Under the pieces are notes generated by a model that had not been told where the DNA came from, made no database searches, and was given only the letters and a program-made list of their open reading frames with translations. Positions 1 to 10,009 of a DNA stretch of 64,000 nucleotides are shown here, in pieces. The stretch comes from Chloroflexota bacterium (GTDB taxonomy: Bacteria; Chloroflexota; UBA11872; VXOZ01), in NCBI GenBank assembly GCA_963663275.1, contig OY760183.1, positions 1,568,001-1,632,000 on the forward strand, read 5' to 3'. The translations under genes were made by a program, and so were the position numbers. Every line of letters begins with the position of its first letter. The stretch's first letter is position 1.

Positions 1-780
1 TTTGTGTTCATTGGGCTGTACGTCGTCTTGATTGGGACGCGGCGCCCGGGCGACGCGATCCTCGGCCAGCTTGTGGGCGGCCCCCTCTGGCGGCCGATTG
101 CTACGGTGGCGCTCTTGATTGTGCTGGCAGTCGGCGGGTTCTTCGAAATCCGGAACGCGCAACAGCCGGTGGATACGACACAAGGCGGCACTAAATTGAG
201 CCGGCAGGACTTCGTCAATGTATGGAAGGACATCCTGGAAATCAGCAAGCAGGAAACCGGCACGGCGGTGGTGCAGGGCGCTAACGCCTACATGCTGGAT
301 TCGACCGATTTCTTTACGCGGGTACCGTTGGACCGCTACAACTACGTATTCAGCGAGGAAACGGTGCCGTTCTTCCCGTTGGCGGTGCACGGACTGGTGC
401 GGTACACGGGAGATGAGAGCAATCTCCGCAGCGACCGCGATGAGTTCCTGCGCGCCATAGAGTACGGCGCGTTGCCGACGTTCGAGCTTACGGCGAATCC
501 GAGTGTGCTGCTTACGCGCACGCAATACAACCGCCTCTACTCGTCGCGCTTTGCCGACTGGGAACCGCAGATTGTCGATGAGTACGAACTCTTCATCAGA
601 CAGTTGGGGTATACCGTCAATCTGCTTATGGATGACCATCGGCAGTTGGCCGAGAGCGTCTATGAGACCGTCTACGAAGACGGAACGCGCGTAATCGTAA
701 ACTACCACACCAGCCGCTATACCGACGGGGACTATGCGGTTGAGGGCCAGAACTATCTCATCATTCCGCCGCGGAGGTAA
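1..780 (+). CDS. DUF5696-like protein, C-terminal part (5' truncated), linked to a sugar ABC cluster
   Basis: Motifs 'LRAIEYGALPTF' and 'YETVYEDGTRVIVNY' are recalled as typical DUF5696 C-termini; directly upstream of two sugar ABC permeases. Confidence 0.65.
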   Translation, partial: FVFIGLYVVLIGTRRPGDAILGQLVGGPLWRPIATVALLIVLAVGGFFEIRNAQQPVDTTQGGTKLSRQDFVNVWKDILEISKQETGTAVVQGANAYMLDSTDFFTRVPLDRYNYVFSEETVPFFPLAVHGLVRYTGDESNLRSDRDEFLRAIEYGALPTFELTANPSVLLTRTQYNRLYSSRFADWEPQIVDEYELFIRQLGYTVNLLMDDHRQLAESVYETVYEDGTRVIVNYHTSRYTDGDYAVEGQNYLIIPPRR

Positions 781-785
781 GGGCC

Positions 786-1760
786 ATGCAATTTGAGGAT
801 AACTTTACGTGGGTAATCCTGCTCACGGGGTTGGCGTTCGTTGTGCCGGCGTGCATCCTGTCGTTCCGGGTGATACTGTCGGCGGTGGGCGTGCACCTGA
901 CCTATCGCTTCCAACGCGCTATGGACGGCTATTTCTACATCAGCACGTGGATCGTGGGTTTCATGATCTTCCTGGCCTGGCCCCTCTTCCAATCGCTCTA
1001 CGTCAGCTTCCATAACGTGAAGATTACCAGTTCCGAACTCAAGCTGACGTTCATCGGTTGGGAGAACTACGCGGAACCGTTCCTGGAAGACATCCATTTC
1101 CTGCCCTTGTTTACCAAGACGGTGGCTAATCTGCTGACCGACTTGCCCATCATCCTGGTGTTCTCGCTGTTCGTCTCGATTTTGGTGGTGCAGGACCTGC
1201 CGGGTCGCGGTATCTTTCGCATGTTGCTCTTCATGCCGGTGGTGATTGGCTCGGCGATTGTCATTCGCCGCCTCTTTGGCGAGGGGGTGAGCACCGAGGC
1301 GATTGGCGTCAGCGTGCAGACGTTGAGCGAGGTGGTGTTCACGTACTTGCAGGGCACCATCGCCGACTGGGTGCTGGACCTGGTGAACCGCGTGACCCTG
1401 GTGCTGTGGCGCACCGGCGTGCAAATCCTCATCTTCGTGGCCGGTCTCCATAGCGTTCCCATCACGATGCGCGAGGCCGCCAAGACCGACGGCGCGTCCG
1501 GCTGGCAGATCTTCTGGCGGATTACGCTGCCCATGCTTTCGCCCGTCATCCTGGTCAACGTTGTGTACACCATCGTGGATTCCTTCACCGATAACTTCAA
1601 TCAGGTGTTGACGTATATTCAGACCGTAGGCTTGACCCGGGACTTTCGGCTTGGCTACGCGGCGGCTCTGGGCTGGATGTACTTTGCTTCGATCTTCCTT
1701 ATCATGGGGCTTGCCCTCCTGATTTCAGGCCGCTTCGTGTTCTACGCCGGTGAACGTTAG
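786..1760 (+). CDS. Carbohydrate ABC transporter permease (MalF/UgpA-like)
   Basis: Multiple TM segments; EAA loop 'EAAKTDGASGWQIFWRITLP'. Confidence 0.9.
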   Translation: MQFEDNFTWVILLTGLAFVVPACILSFRVILSAVGVHLTYRFQRAMDGYFYISTWIVGFMIFLAWPLFQSLYVSFHNVKITSSELKLTFIGWENYAEPFLEDIHFLPLFTKTVANLLTDLPIILVFSLFVSILVVQDLPGRGIFRMLLFMPVVIGSAIVIRRLFGEGVSTEAIGVSVQTLSEVVFTYLQGTIADWVLDLVNRVTLVLWRTGVQILIFVAGLHSVPITMREAAKTDGASGWQIFWRITLPMLSPVILVNVVYTIVDSFTDNFNQVLTYIQTVGLTRDFRLGYAAALGWMYFASIFLIMGLALLISGRFVFYAGER

Positions 1761-1768
1761 GGAGTACC

Positions 1769-2713
1769 TTGGGCATGGCTGATTCTGTATTCGTCATTCG
1801 GCAGCGGCGCGGCATACTGGGCGCGCTCACCTCTCGCAAGTGGTGGGAGAACGCCTTCCTGCGCATTGCCACCTACATCGTCCTCATCAACGTCTGCTTC
1901 GTGTTCCTCTTTCCCGTCATCTACATGTTCTCCACCTCGCTGAAGACGGTGGCGGACCTGGCGGACCTGACGGTGCTGTGGATTCCCCGCACGTTCTTCT
2001 GGCGGAATTATGAGCTGGCCATCAGCGGTATGCTCTACTGGCAGGCGGCCAGGAACAGCATCATCATCTCGGTGGGATCGGCGGTATTGCAGACGGTAGC
2101 CTGTTCGTTCGTGGCCTACGGCTTTGCCCGCATCCCGTTCCCCGGCCGCGAGCCGCTCTTCATGCTGGTGCTCTTTACGTTCCTGGTGCCGCCGCAGACG
2201 ATTATCGTGCCGCTCTTCATTCTGTACCGCAACCTGGGATTCATGGATACCTACTTCCCGTTCCTGATCCCGGCTCTGTTCGGTCACGGCCTGCGGGGCG
2301 CGCTCTTCATCCTGGTGTTCCGCCAGTTCTTCCGCAATCTGCCGTATGAATTGGAGGATGCCGCCCGTATCGACGGGGCCGGCCCGTTCAGCGTCTATTG
2401 GCGTATCATGCTGCCGCTGGCGGCCCCGGCGATTATCGTGGTCTTCCTCTTCTCGCTGGTATGGCATTGGAACGACTTCTTCGAACCGACGATCTATCTC
2501 TTCGACCAGAATAACTTCACCCTGCCCTTGCGCCTCTCCATCTTGAGCGCGGCGCTCTTGCAGATGTTGGCCGGCCAAGGCGCGGGAGACGAATTCAATG
2601 AGGCTGTGATTATGGCGGCGTCGTTCCTGACCGTCATGCCGCCGTTGATCGTCTATCTCTTTACCCAGCGCTATTTCGTGGAGAGTGTGGACCGCACGGG
2701 CCTGGTTGAATAG
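1769..2713 (+). CDS. Carbohydrate ABC transporter permease (MalG/UgpE-like)
   Basis: EAA loop 'ELEDAARIDGAGPFSVYWRIMLP'; 'WHWNDFF'; C-terminal 'QRYFVESV'. Confidence 0.92.
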   Translation: MGMADSVFVIRQRRGILGALTSRKWWENAFLRIATYIVLINVCFVFLFPVIYMFSTSLKTVADLADLTVLWIPRTFFWRNYELAISGMLYWQAARNSIIISVGSAVLQTVACSFVAYGFARIPFPGREPLFMLVLFTFLVPPQTIIVPLFILYRNLGFMDTYFPFLIPALFGHGLRGALFILVFRQFFRNLPYELEDAARIDGAGPFSVYWRIMLPLAAPAIIVVFLFSLVWHWNDFFEPTIYLFDQNNFTLPLRLSILSAALLQMLAGQGAGDEFNEAVIMAASFLTVMPPLIVYLFTQRYFVESVDRTGLVE

Positions 2714-3046
2714 CCGCGTCCGCGGTTCCTGCTTGGATTCCCTGTCCGCGTGGGCGGCTCGCTGCGTCGCGGTTCGGTTTTCTCGGTTTGCCTTGAATCC
2801 CGCTGCGCGCGTGTGGGCCATTCCCGGCTTTTCCCTGCTGGAACTGCTGCCGTAGCGCGGCGCGCCCATAGTAGTGAGATGGCGATTCTTGGCTGGCGTC
2901 TGCGGCTTGCTGTACCCGCCGTCCGGAAGAGCGCGGCCTGGGCGCGGTGCACGCTCCTCTTTGATTTCTTTCTCCCGACTTACTCCGCTATGGATTGGCC
3001 TCGAGTGGGTTTTACGATTGCGAGGGCGGCCTAGCCGTTCAAGTCC

Positions 3047-4048
3047 ATGGGCATGGATCCGTATAAGTACCGCTCACGCACCCCGCCGGCGCGCAAGGGC
3101 CGGCCTGCGTTTCGCGCATGGATAATCGGGATGGTCATAGTGCTGGCGGGCATTGCGACCTACACGCGGCTTTCCCCGGATGCTTCGGAACCGATCATTA
3201 CGCAGGCTGAGAGCACGCCGGTACCGGCGGAGAGCACGGAAATAGCCGCCGCGCAGCCGCCAGTGCACTTTTCCTACGCGTGGTTGGAGGCTAATCCGCA
3301 GCCAACGCTGGCTAACGTCGTGGCGCAAGCGGCGTTCGTGGTGGATCTCTCTACGCGCACCGTCTTGTACGCCAAGAACGAACACGAGCGGCGCCCTCCG
3401 GCCAGCACCACGAAAATCCTCACCGCGGTGGTTGCCTTGGAGAACAGCGAGCCGGAGCAAGAGGTGGTGGTTTCGCAGCGGGCGGGGGGCGCGGAGCCAA
3501 ACGTGATGGGCTTGCAGACCGGCGAGGTGGTGCCGATCGATGTACTGCTGTACGGCATGATGCTCTCATCCGGGAACGACGCCGCGATCGCCGTGGCCGA
3601 GGGCACGTTCGGCTACCAGGCGTTCGTAGACCTCATGAACGCCAAAGTGCGGGAACTGGGGTTGCAGAATACGAAGTTCAGCAATCCCACCGGTTATGAT
3701 GAAGACGTGCTGCCCCACTATTCGTCGGCCTACGACCTGGCGGTGATTGCCAAGTACGCCCTGGAGTGGACTCCCGCCATCATCGAGTACGCCAGTACCG
3801 TGCGCAAGGAGTTTACGGCCACCGAAAAACACGGCTGGTACGGGCCGGGGAACCTCAATCGCCTGCTGTGGACGTATACGGGCGCTTACGGCCTGAAACC
3901 GGGCTATACGCCGGACGCGGGCTACTGCCTGGTGGCGGTGGCCCAGCGCGGAGGGCGGCACGTGCTGGTGGTGGTGCTGGGTTCCACGCAGCACTTTACC
4001 GATGCGGCGATTCTGCTGGACTACGGCTTCGCGCAGGCGGCGCAGTAG
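3047..4048 (+). CDS. D-alanyl-D-alanine carboxypeptidase (peptidase S11)
   Basis: N-terminal TM; SxxK (PASTTK), SxN (SGNDAA) and K[T/P]G (LKPGYT) motifs. Confidence 0.9.
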   Translation: MGMDPYKYRSRTPPARKGRPAFRAWIIGMVIVLAGIATYTRLSPDASEPIITQAESTPVPAESTEIAAAQPPVHFSYAWLEANPQPTLANVVAQAAFVVDLSTRTVLYAKNEHERRPPASTTKILTAVVALENSEPEQEVVVSQRAGGAEPNVMGLQTGEVVPIDVLLYGMMLSSGNDAAIAVAEGTFGYQAFVDLMNAKVRELGLQNTKFSNPTGYDEDVLPHYSSAYDLAVIAKYALEWTPAIIEYASTVRKEFTATEKHGWYGPGNLNRLLWTYTGAYGLKPGYTPDAGYCLVAVAQRGGRHVLVVVLGSTQHFTDAAILLDYGFAQAAQ

Positions 4049-4071
4049 CCGGAAGGGCGCCAGACGACCGC

Positions 4072-5139
4072 CTAGCCCTCGTTGTCCTCACAGGCGTGAA
4101 TGCGGATGCTGCCGCCGCTGCTGCGCAGTTGCAGTGTGGCCGTCCCCGCGCCCACGGCGCCGGTGTATTGGCCGGTGCCGTAGCGGTTGCGCGCCTCGCC
4201 CGTGGCGCCGGGCAGATTGACGTCTACGCCGCCGCCGGATGCCGCGGCCTCGATGGAGACTGAGGCGTCCTGGTCCAGCACCAGCATCACGCCGCCGCCG
4301 GCGCTCTCCACATGGTGGTCGCCCTCTTGGAGCAGGGCGTGGTTGATGTTCACGCTGCCGCCCGCGGACTTGACGTTCAGCGCGCCCACCGTGCCCAGCA
4401 GGGAGACCGCGCCGCCCGCGGCGACGGCCTGGAGCGACGGCACGTCGCCCAAGACCCCGATAGTGCCGCCGGCCGAGTCCAGCTTGAGCGCCCCGCTGAC
4501 GTCATTGAGCTGGATGGAGCCGCTGGAGACCGAGACTTCCTGCGGCGCAGTGAGATTGCGGCCCGACATGCTGCCGCCCGCCACTCTACAGGTCAGGGAA
4601 CTCACCGGCGGCAGGCGCAGGGCGACGTTGGGCACGCCGGCCCAGACGGCGTTGGCGTAAACGGAGAGGACGTAGGTGTCGTCCAGCTTGAGCACGGACC
4701 ACTCCCAATCGTGGCCCTCCCGGTCGAAGCTGACGCGCGCCTCGCCCGGCGCTTCCTCGATGGTTACGGAACTGCCCTCGATGTCAACTACCATGCTGGC
4801 GCCGGGTGGAAGCGCGAAGGACTGATCTTGCGTTTCTACCGGCGTATAGCCCTGTTCCTCGCGCTGCCGGTTGCGTTTGAGGCCGCGCAAGGGCACGCGG
4901 ATGCTCTTGCCCCGGGGGATGTCGGTTACGGCGCGCGAAATGCGGTCTTCCACCTTGGAGAGCGTTTCGCCGAGCGAGCGTTCGACTTCCTCCCACCAGT
5001 TGCTTTCCAGAATTGAGGAGAAGCCGCGATTGTCGTTGGCGCTGCCGTTGCGCACCGCGCCCAGCAGGCGTTCGGCGTCTTCCACCGTAATTTTGCCTTC
5101 GCGCAGCATTTCCAGTATCAAGCGTTCTTCCGCGCCCAT
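4072..5139 (-). CDS. SHOCT-like + DUF4097 beta-repeat protein (YvlB/LiaX-like)
   Basis: N-terminal 'EERLILEMLREGKITVEDAERLL'; C-terminal repeats of 'SAGGSV/I'. Confidence 0.75.
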   Translation of the reverse strand: MGAEERLILEMLREGKITVEDAERLLGAVRNGSANDNRGFSSILESNWWEEVERSLGETLSKVEDRISRAVTDIPRGKSIRVPLRGLKRNRQREEQGYTPVETQDQSFALPPGASMVVDIEGSSVTIEEAPGEARVSFDREGHDWEWSVLKLDDTYVLSVYANAVWAGVPNVALRLPPVSSLTCRVAGGSMSGRNLTAPQEVSVSSGSIQLNDVSGALKLDSAGGTIGVLGDVPSLQAVAAGGAVSLLGTVGALNVKSAGGSVNINHALLQEGDHHVESAGGGVMLVLDQDASVSIEAAASGGGVDVNLPGATGEARNRYGTGQYTGAVGAGTATLQLRSSGGSIRIHACEDNEG

Positions 5140-5143
5140 TGCG

Positions 5144-5545
5144 TTACTCCTCCTCCGCCAGGCGGCGCAAGGCTTCTTCAACACTGAGCGAGCCGCTCTC
5201 TACGTCCTGCAGCGTCTGCAAGCGTTCGGCCTGAAGTGTTGCCTGGTTGGTGGTCGGTCTATGCCCGAGTTGGCCGATGATTTCTTCCAGGCGCGCGCGC
5301 ACCGTGGGATACGAGACGCCGAGTTCCTTCTGCACCTCGCTCATGTTGCCGCGAGCCACGAGGAAGATTTCCACGAAACGTTGCTGCTCCGCGGAGAGGC
5401 GGTTGAACGGATTCAGGTGAAATTCCCCCTCCAACGCCACGCTGCACGACGAACAACGCAGACGGTGCACGGTGAGTTCGCCGGAGCAGACGGGGCAGCG
5501 CCCAAGCACTTCCGGTGTTTGGGGATTGCCCAAGATGTTGCGCAT
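5144..5545 (-). CDS. DUF2089 family protein (Zn-ribbon + HTH)
   Basis: CPVC...CSSC; 'GNMSEVQKELGVSYPTVRARL'; C-terminal SHOCT-like 'GSLSVEEAL'. Confidence 0.85.
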   Translation of the reverse strand: MRNILGNPQTPEVLGRCPVCSGELTVHRLRCSSCSVALEGEFHLNPFNRLSAEQQRFVEIFLVARGNMSEVQKELGVSYPTVRARLEEIIGQLGHRPTTNQATLQAERLQTLQDVESGSLSVEEALRRLAEEE

Positions 5546-5567
5546 GGCGCGCCTCCCACTTTGCCGA

Positions 5568-5625
5568 CTAAAGTATTCTAATCTGTATCTTTAGAAAATA
5601 TAGCAGATGGCGCGGTAGATGTCAA
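5568..5625 (-). promoter_or_regulatory. Sigma70-type promoter (TTGACA-17-TATATT) with downstream inverted repeat, candidate operator
   Basis: Minus strand TTGACA (5625-5620), 17 bp, TATATT (5602-5597); CTAAAG-N15-CTTTAG at 5568-5594. Confidence 0.55.
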
Positions 5626-5759
5626 CAGATGGATGCGGGAGTTAGAAAAATGGATAATCCGGTTGAGCGGAAGCGCAGGCGCGGTTGGGCGGGGCAAAGC
5701 GGGGAGGTCGCAGGACCGGCCCGGGGATTGCAGATTGCTGTGGCGCGGACGCCGCCGCC

Positions 5760-6758
5760 CTAGCCGCCGATCTGGGACATGGTGCGGTTGGCGCGCTGGA
5801 AGAACTCGCCCTCGTTGATGCGGTGCTTGAGTTCTTTCTGCCAAATGGCGGCGCGGATGAGGCGCTCGAGTTCGTCGTCGTCGGCGCCGCCGCGCAGCGG
5901 CAGGCGCAGGTCGGTTTCGCGCACGGAGAAGAGGCAGGTGCGGAGCATGCCCTCCGCGGTGAGGCGGATGCGGTTGCACGTGGCGCAGAAGGGTTCGCTG
6001 ACGGGATTGATGAAGCCGACCTCGCCGTTGCCGTCGGCGAACCGGTAGACCCGCGACGTGGAGGAGGGGTCGGTGGGTACCGGCTCCAGCGGCACGGGCA
6101 TGGCGTTGTTTATCATATCCAGTATCTCGCCGCCGGTCAGCACCTTTTCTTCGCGCCAGATGCCGTCGGCGTCCAGCGGCATGAACTCGATGAAGCGCAC
6201 CACGTAGGGCTTGCGCCGCGCTAATTCAGCAAACGCCACCACCTCGCGCTCCGTGAATCCGCGAATGCCCACGCAGTTCAGCTTAATCGGCCGGATCGAC
6301 GGGTACTTCTCAAGCTCTTCAAGGCCCTCCAGCACGGCTGCCAGGGCCTTGCGGCGCGTGATGTAGGCGAAGTGTTCCGGCTCCAGGCTATCCAGGCTGA
6401 CGTTGATGCGGGTCAGCCCCGCTTCGGCGAGGGGCCTGGCCAACGACGCCAGCCGGAAGCCGTTGGTGGTGATCGAAAGACTTTCCAGGCCGTCAATCAG
6501 GCGCAGGCGGCCGATGAGGTAGGGCAGGTCTTTGCGCACGGTGGGCTCGCCGCCGGTGATGCGAATGTCGCGGACGCCCAGGCGAACGAAGAGCCGGGAG
6601 AGGCGCTCGATCTCCTCATAGGTCAGGATTTCGTCGCGGGGCACCCACTGCATCATCTCTTCCGGCATGCAGTAGCGGCAACGGAAATTGCAGCGATCCG
6701 TTATCGAGATGCGCAGATTTTCGATCTGTCGCCCAAAGCTGTCAATCAGCGGCTGCAT
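5760..6758 (-). CDS. moaA: GTP 3',8-cyclase (molybdenum cofactor biosynthesis)
   Basis: Radical SAM CNFRCRYC; C-terminal CxxC..C; ends in 'IGG'. Confidence 0.97.
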   Translation of the reverse strand: MQPLIDSFGRQIENLRISITDRCNFRCRYCMPEEMMQWVPRDEILTYEEIERLSRLFVRLGVRDIRITGGEPTVRKDLPYLIGRLRLIDGLESLSITTNGFRLASLARPLAEAGLTRINVSLDSLEPEHFAYITRRKALAAVLEGLEELEKYPSIRPIKLNCVGIRGFTEREVVAFAELARRKPYVVRFIEFMPLDADGIWREEKVLTGGEILDMINNAMPVPLEPVPTDPSSTSRVYRFADGNGEVGFINPVSEPFCATCNRIRLTAEGMLRTCLFSVRETDLRLPLRGGADDDELERLIRAAIWQKELKHRINEGEFFQRANRTMSQIGG

Positions 6759-6846
6759 TCCCTGCTCTCCGAATTGGCGAATACTTCCGGCTATTACCGC
6801 GTGGACATTGCTGCCCTTGGTTCACATTATAGCGCAGCGCCGCCGC

Positions 6847-8247
6847 TCACGTCGGGAGCGCAGCCAGGGCGCGCTTCACGGCCTGGTCCTGCTCCGGCAG
6901 GACCGTGCGCGGGTCGAGCGCAACGGCGTCGTCTTCGATGCGCGCCACCAGCGGCGGGTCGGCGGCGCGCAACCGCTCGGCCAGCGTGACGGGAGAGACC
7001 GCCGGTGAGGTAAGGCGCAGCGTCCACGTGGGCAAGGTTTCGCCCGGGAGCGCGCCGCCGCCGATGGTCGATTCCGCAGGAACGATAGCCGTCGTAATGG
7101 CGGCGTGGGCGGTGAGGGCGCGTTGCCAGACGCGGGCGCGCCGCTTGAGCCGCTCCGGCCGCGCGGCGATCATCTGCCAGACCGGAACGTGCGCCGGGGC
7201 CTCTCGGCGGCGGTAGTGCAGCAGAGTGGCTTCCAGCCCTGCGATGGTTGCCTTGTCCAGCCGGAAGGCGCGGGCCAGCGGGTGGCGCTTCATGGCGGCG
7301 ATGAATTCGCCGCGGCCCGCGATCAAGCCGGCCTGCGGCCCGCCCAGCAGTTTGTCGCCGGAAAAGCTCACCACGGCGCAGCCGGCGGCCAGCGCCGCGT
7401 GGACGGTAGGCTCCGGGCGCAGGCCGTAGGCTGCGGTGTCCAGCAGAGAGCCGCTGCCCAGGTCGTAGAGGACGGGAACGTTCTGTTGCGCCGCTTTGTG
7501 CGCGAGGCTATCCAACGCGGGCTCGTGTGTAAAGCCGACGACCCGGAAGTTGCTGGAGTGAACGCGCAGGATGGCGGCGGTGGCGGGCGTAATGGCGCGC
7601 AGGAAGTCTTCCGCGTAGGTGCGGTTGGTCGTGCCGACTTCCACCAGGCGCGCGCCGCTCTGCGCCAGCACGTCGGGAATGCGGAAGCCGCCGCCAATCT
7701 CCACCGCTTCACCGCGTGAAACGATGACCTCTTTGCCCGCCGCCAGCGCGCTCAGCGCCAGCAGGACGGCGGCGGCATTGTTGTTGACCGCCAGGGCGTC
7801 TTCCGCGCCGCAGAGCGCGGCCAGCGTGCCGGCGAGATGCGTGTAGCGGGAGCCGCGCGCGCCGCCGGTGAGGTCGAATTCAAGATTGCTGTAGCCCGCG
7901 CCCACGGCGGTCATGGCCTGGATGGCGGCCCGGCTCAGGGGCGCGCGCCCCAGGTTGGTGTGCAGGATGACGCCGGTGGCGTTGATCAGCGGGCGGAGAG
8001 AGGGCAGAAACCGCTCTCGCGCGGCGCGTTGCAGGTCGTGGACCAGCGCGTCCAGAGGGGGCGCTTTCGCGCCGTCGAGGATGTCCGCGCGGGCCGTTTC
8101 CAGCACCGCGCGCGCCAGGTCTACCTGGACGTCGTGGGGAAGATCGAGTTTCAGTGCCTGCACGGCGGGCGCAAGGAGCAGGCGGTCGACGCTGGGTAGC
8201 TGGCGGAGGGCGCGGCTACGCGCCGTACTTGGCGAGTTTTTGCGCAT
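6847..8247 (-). CDS. selA: L-seryl-tRNA(Sec) selenium transferase
   Basis: 'LRQLPSVD', 'INATGVILHTNLGRAPL', 'VEIGGGFRIPDV', 'FSGDKLLGGPQAG'; ATG at 8247 overlaps the apgM stop. Confidence 0.95.
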   Translation of the reverse strand: MRKNSPSTARSRALRQLPSVDRLLLAPAVQALKLDLPHDVQVDLARAVLETARADILDGAKAPPLDALVHDLQRAARERFLPSLRPLINATGVILHTNLGRAPLSRAAIQAMTAVGAGYSNLEFDLTGGARGSRYTHLAGTLAALCGAEDALAVNNNAAAVLLALSALAAGKEVIVSRGEAVEIGGGFRIPDVLAQSGARLVEVGTTNRTYAEDFLRAITPATAAILRVHSSNFRVVGFTHEPALDSLAHKAAQQNVPVLYDLGSGSLLDTAAYGLRPEPTVHAALAAGCAVVSFSGDKLLGGPQAGLIAGRGEFIAAMKRHPLARAFRLDKATIAGLEATLLHYRRREAPAHVPVWQMIAARPERLKRRARVWQRALTAHAAITTAIVPAESTIGGGALPGETLPTWTLRLTSPAVSPVTLAERLRAADPPLVARIEDDAVALDPRTVLPEQDQAVKRALAALPT

Positions 8248-9421
8248 GGCCCATCGCCAACAGCATGGCGTCCTGCGCCGGGAAACGGCCCAGGCTGCCC
8301 CGCACGAGCGCGCGTTCCGTGAACTCCGCAATGTCGTCGCTGATGCAGGTGTCGCTATAGAGGGCGAACGGCACCGGATGCCAGGAGTGTCCACTGAGCG
8401 CGGATGGTGAAGAGTGGTCGCCGGTGATGATGAAGACGTCCGGTTGCAGGCGGAGCAAGGCGGGCAGCAGGCTGTCTAGCTCTTCGAGCACCTGCACCTT
8501 CTGGTTGAAGTCGCCGTCTTCGCCGGCGGTGTCGGTGGCTTTAACGTGAAAATAGAAGAAGTCATGCTCGTCCCAGTGCTGCTGCAGGGTCTCGAACTCG
8601 TCCCAAATGGTGCTGCCGGTCTCCAGCGGCTTCATGCCCACCAGCTTGGCCAGGCCCCGGTACATGGGGTAGGCGGCGATGGCGGCCGGGGAGAGCTTGT
8701 AGACATCGGGCAGCGTGGGAATGGCGGGCATACTGGCGGCGCCGCGCAACAGCAGCGCGTTGGCGGGATCCTGGTCTTGCAGCACCGCGAAGGCTTCGGC
8801 CAGAAAGCCATTGACGATCTGCGCCGTCGGCGTGGCGCTTTCGTCCAGCGGCGCGGCGGCCGGCGGTTGGACGCCGGTGCGCTGGGGATCCGTGTCCGTG
8901 ACGCGGTCCGAAAGTCCTTCGCCGCGCAAGACCACCAGGGCGCGGTGGCCGGACTCGGTCTCCACGAACACTTCAACCTCGGAGAGGTGGATGTGCCGCA
9001 GCAGCGCGCAGAGTTCGCGGTTGAGTTCGGTGGCCAGCCGGCCGGCGCGGCGGTCGGTGATCTCGCCGTTGCCGTCGATGGTGGCAAAGTTGGCGCGGAA
9101 ACAGACGTCGTGCGGGCCAATGGGAAAGTCGATGCCCAGCGCGGAGAGCACGCCCCTGCCGATGTCGAATTCGATCGGGTCGTAGCCGAAGAGCGCCAGG
9201 TGCGAGGGGCCGCTGCCGGGGGTGATGCCGGGCGCAATCGGGTCGGTGACGCCGCAGATCGAGAGGCCGGCAAAGCGATCCAGGTTGGGAATGCGCGCCA
9301 CTTCCAACTCGGATTGACCGACCTCCGGATGCGGCATACCGCCGAGGCCGTCCAAGATGAGGAAGAGTATCTTGGAGGGCGTCGGCTGCGCTAAATCTTG
9401 TATGAGCGACAACGGTACCAC
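8216..9421 (-). CDS. apgM: 2,3-bisphosphoglycerate-independent phosphoglycerate mutase (ApgM type)
   Basis: 'LDGLGG', 'PGSGPSHLALFGYDP', 'ITDRRAGR', 'HVKATDTAGEDG', 'TGDHSSP'. Confidence 0.92.
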   Translation of the reverse strand: MVPLSLIQDLAQPTPSKILFLILDGLGGMPHPEVGQSELEVARIPNLDRFAGLSICGVTDPIAPGITPGSGPSHLALFGYDPIEFDIGRGVLSALGIDFPIGPHDVCFRANFATIDGNGEITDRRAGRLATELNRELCALLRHIHLSEVEVFVETESGHRALVVLRGEGLSDRVTDTDPQRTGVQPPAAAPLDESATPTAQIVNGFLAEAFAVLQDQDPANALLLRGAASMPAIPTLPDVYKLSPAAIAAYPMYRGLAKLVGMKPLETGSTIWDEFETLQQHWDEHDFFYFHVKATDTAGEDGDFNQKVQVLEELDSLLPALLRLQPDVFIITGDHSSPSALSGHSWHPVPFALYSDTCISDDIAEFTERALVRGSLGRFPAQDAMLLAMGHAQKLAKYGA

Positions 9422-9507
9422 GAGGAATTCCTGCCGTCAGATGCGCGACCGCTTCAACCGCCATGCTAGCAGGTGGGGGCGGCGCTGTCTAACGGGCGGC
9501 CGCGGCG

Positions 9508-9978
9508 CTAGCCGCAGCGGCCCAGAGCGGCAAAGTAGTCGTCCTCATCGCGCGGGTTCAGCGGCTCGTTGACGATCTTGCCCTGGATCACGCCGTTCTT
9601 GTCGATGATGAACGTGCCGCGGGTGGCAAAGCCCAACTCGTCCAGGAAGACGCCGTACTGCTGGCACACCGCGCCGTGGGGCCAGAAATCGGCCAGGAAC
9701 GTGGCGGGGAACCCGTTATCCTCTTTGAACTGCTTGAGCGTCCACTTGGTGTCGGTGCAGACGCCGATCACGGCGGCGTCGCTGGCGTCGTAGCGGCCGG
9801 CGTTGCCGGCCATGCCGCGAAACTCGCCGTCGCAGATGCCGCTGAACGCGCCCACGTAGAAGACGAGCACGACGTTCTGCTTGCCGCGATAGTCGGAGAG
9901 GGATACTTCCTCACCGTCCTGGTTTACGAGTGTGAAGTCCGGCGCGATCTGGCCGACTTCGGTGCCTTCTGCTGACAT
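9508..9978 (-). CDS. Peroxiredoxin (AhpE/AhpC-TSA family)
   Basis: 'APDFTL', '[13 protein letters not shown]', '[10 protein letters not shown]', '[10 protein letters not shown]'. Confidence 0.85.
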   Translation of the reverse strand: MSAEGTEVGQIAPDFTLVNQDGEEVSLSDYRGKQNVVLVFYVGAFSGICDGEFRGMAGNAGRYDASDAAVIGVCTDTKWTLKQFKEDNGFPATFLADFWPHGAVCQQYGVFLDELGFATRGTFIIDKNGVIQGKIVNEPLNPRDEDDYFAALGRCG

Positions 9979-10009
9979 GAACTGTGCCTCCTCTATGAAA
10001 TCTAGTGCG

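Noticed and set aside
9508-9978. Possible selenoprotein among the redox genes (peroxiredoxin, ferredoxin-like, SufU)
   Set aside because: All active-site positions are Cys codons; I found no in-frame UGA with continuing homology
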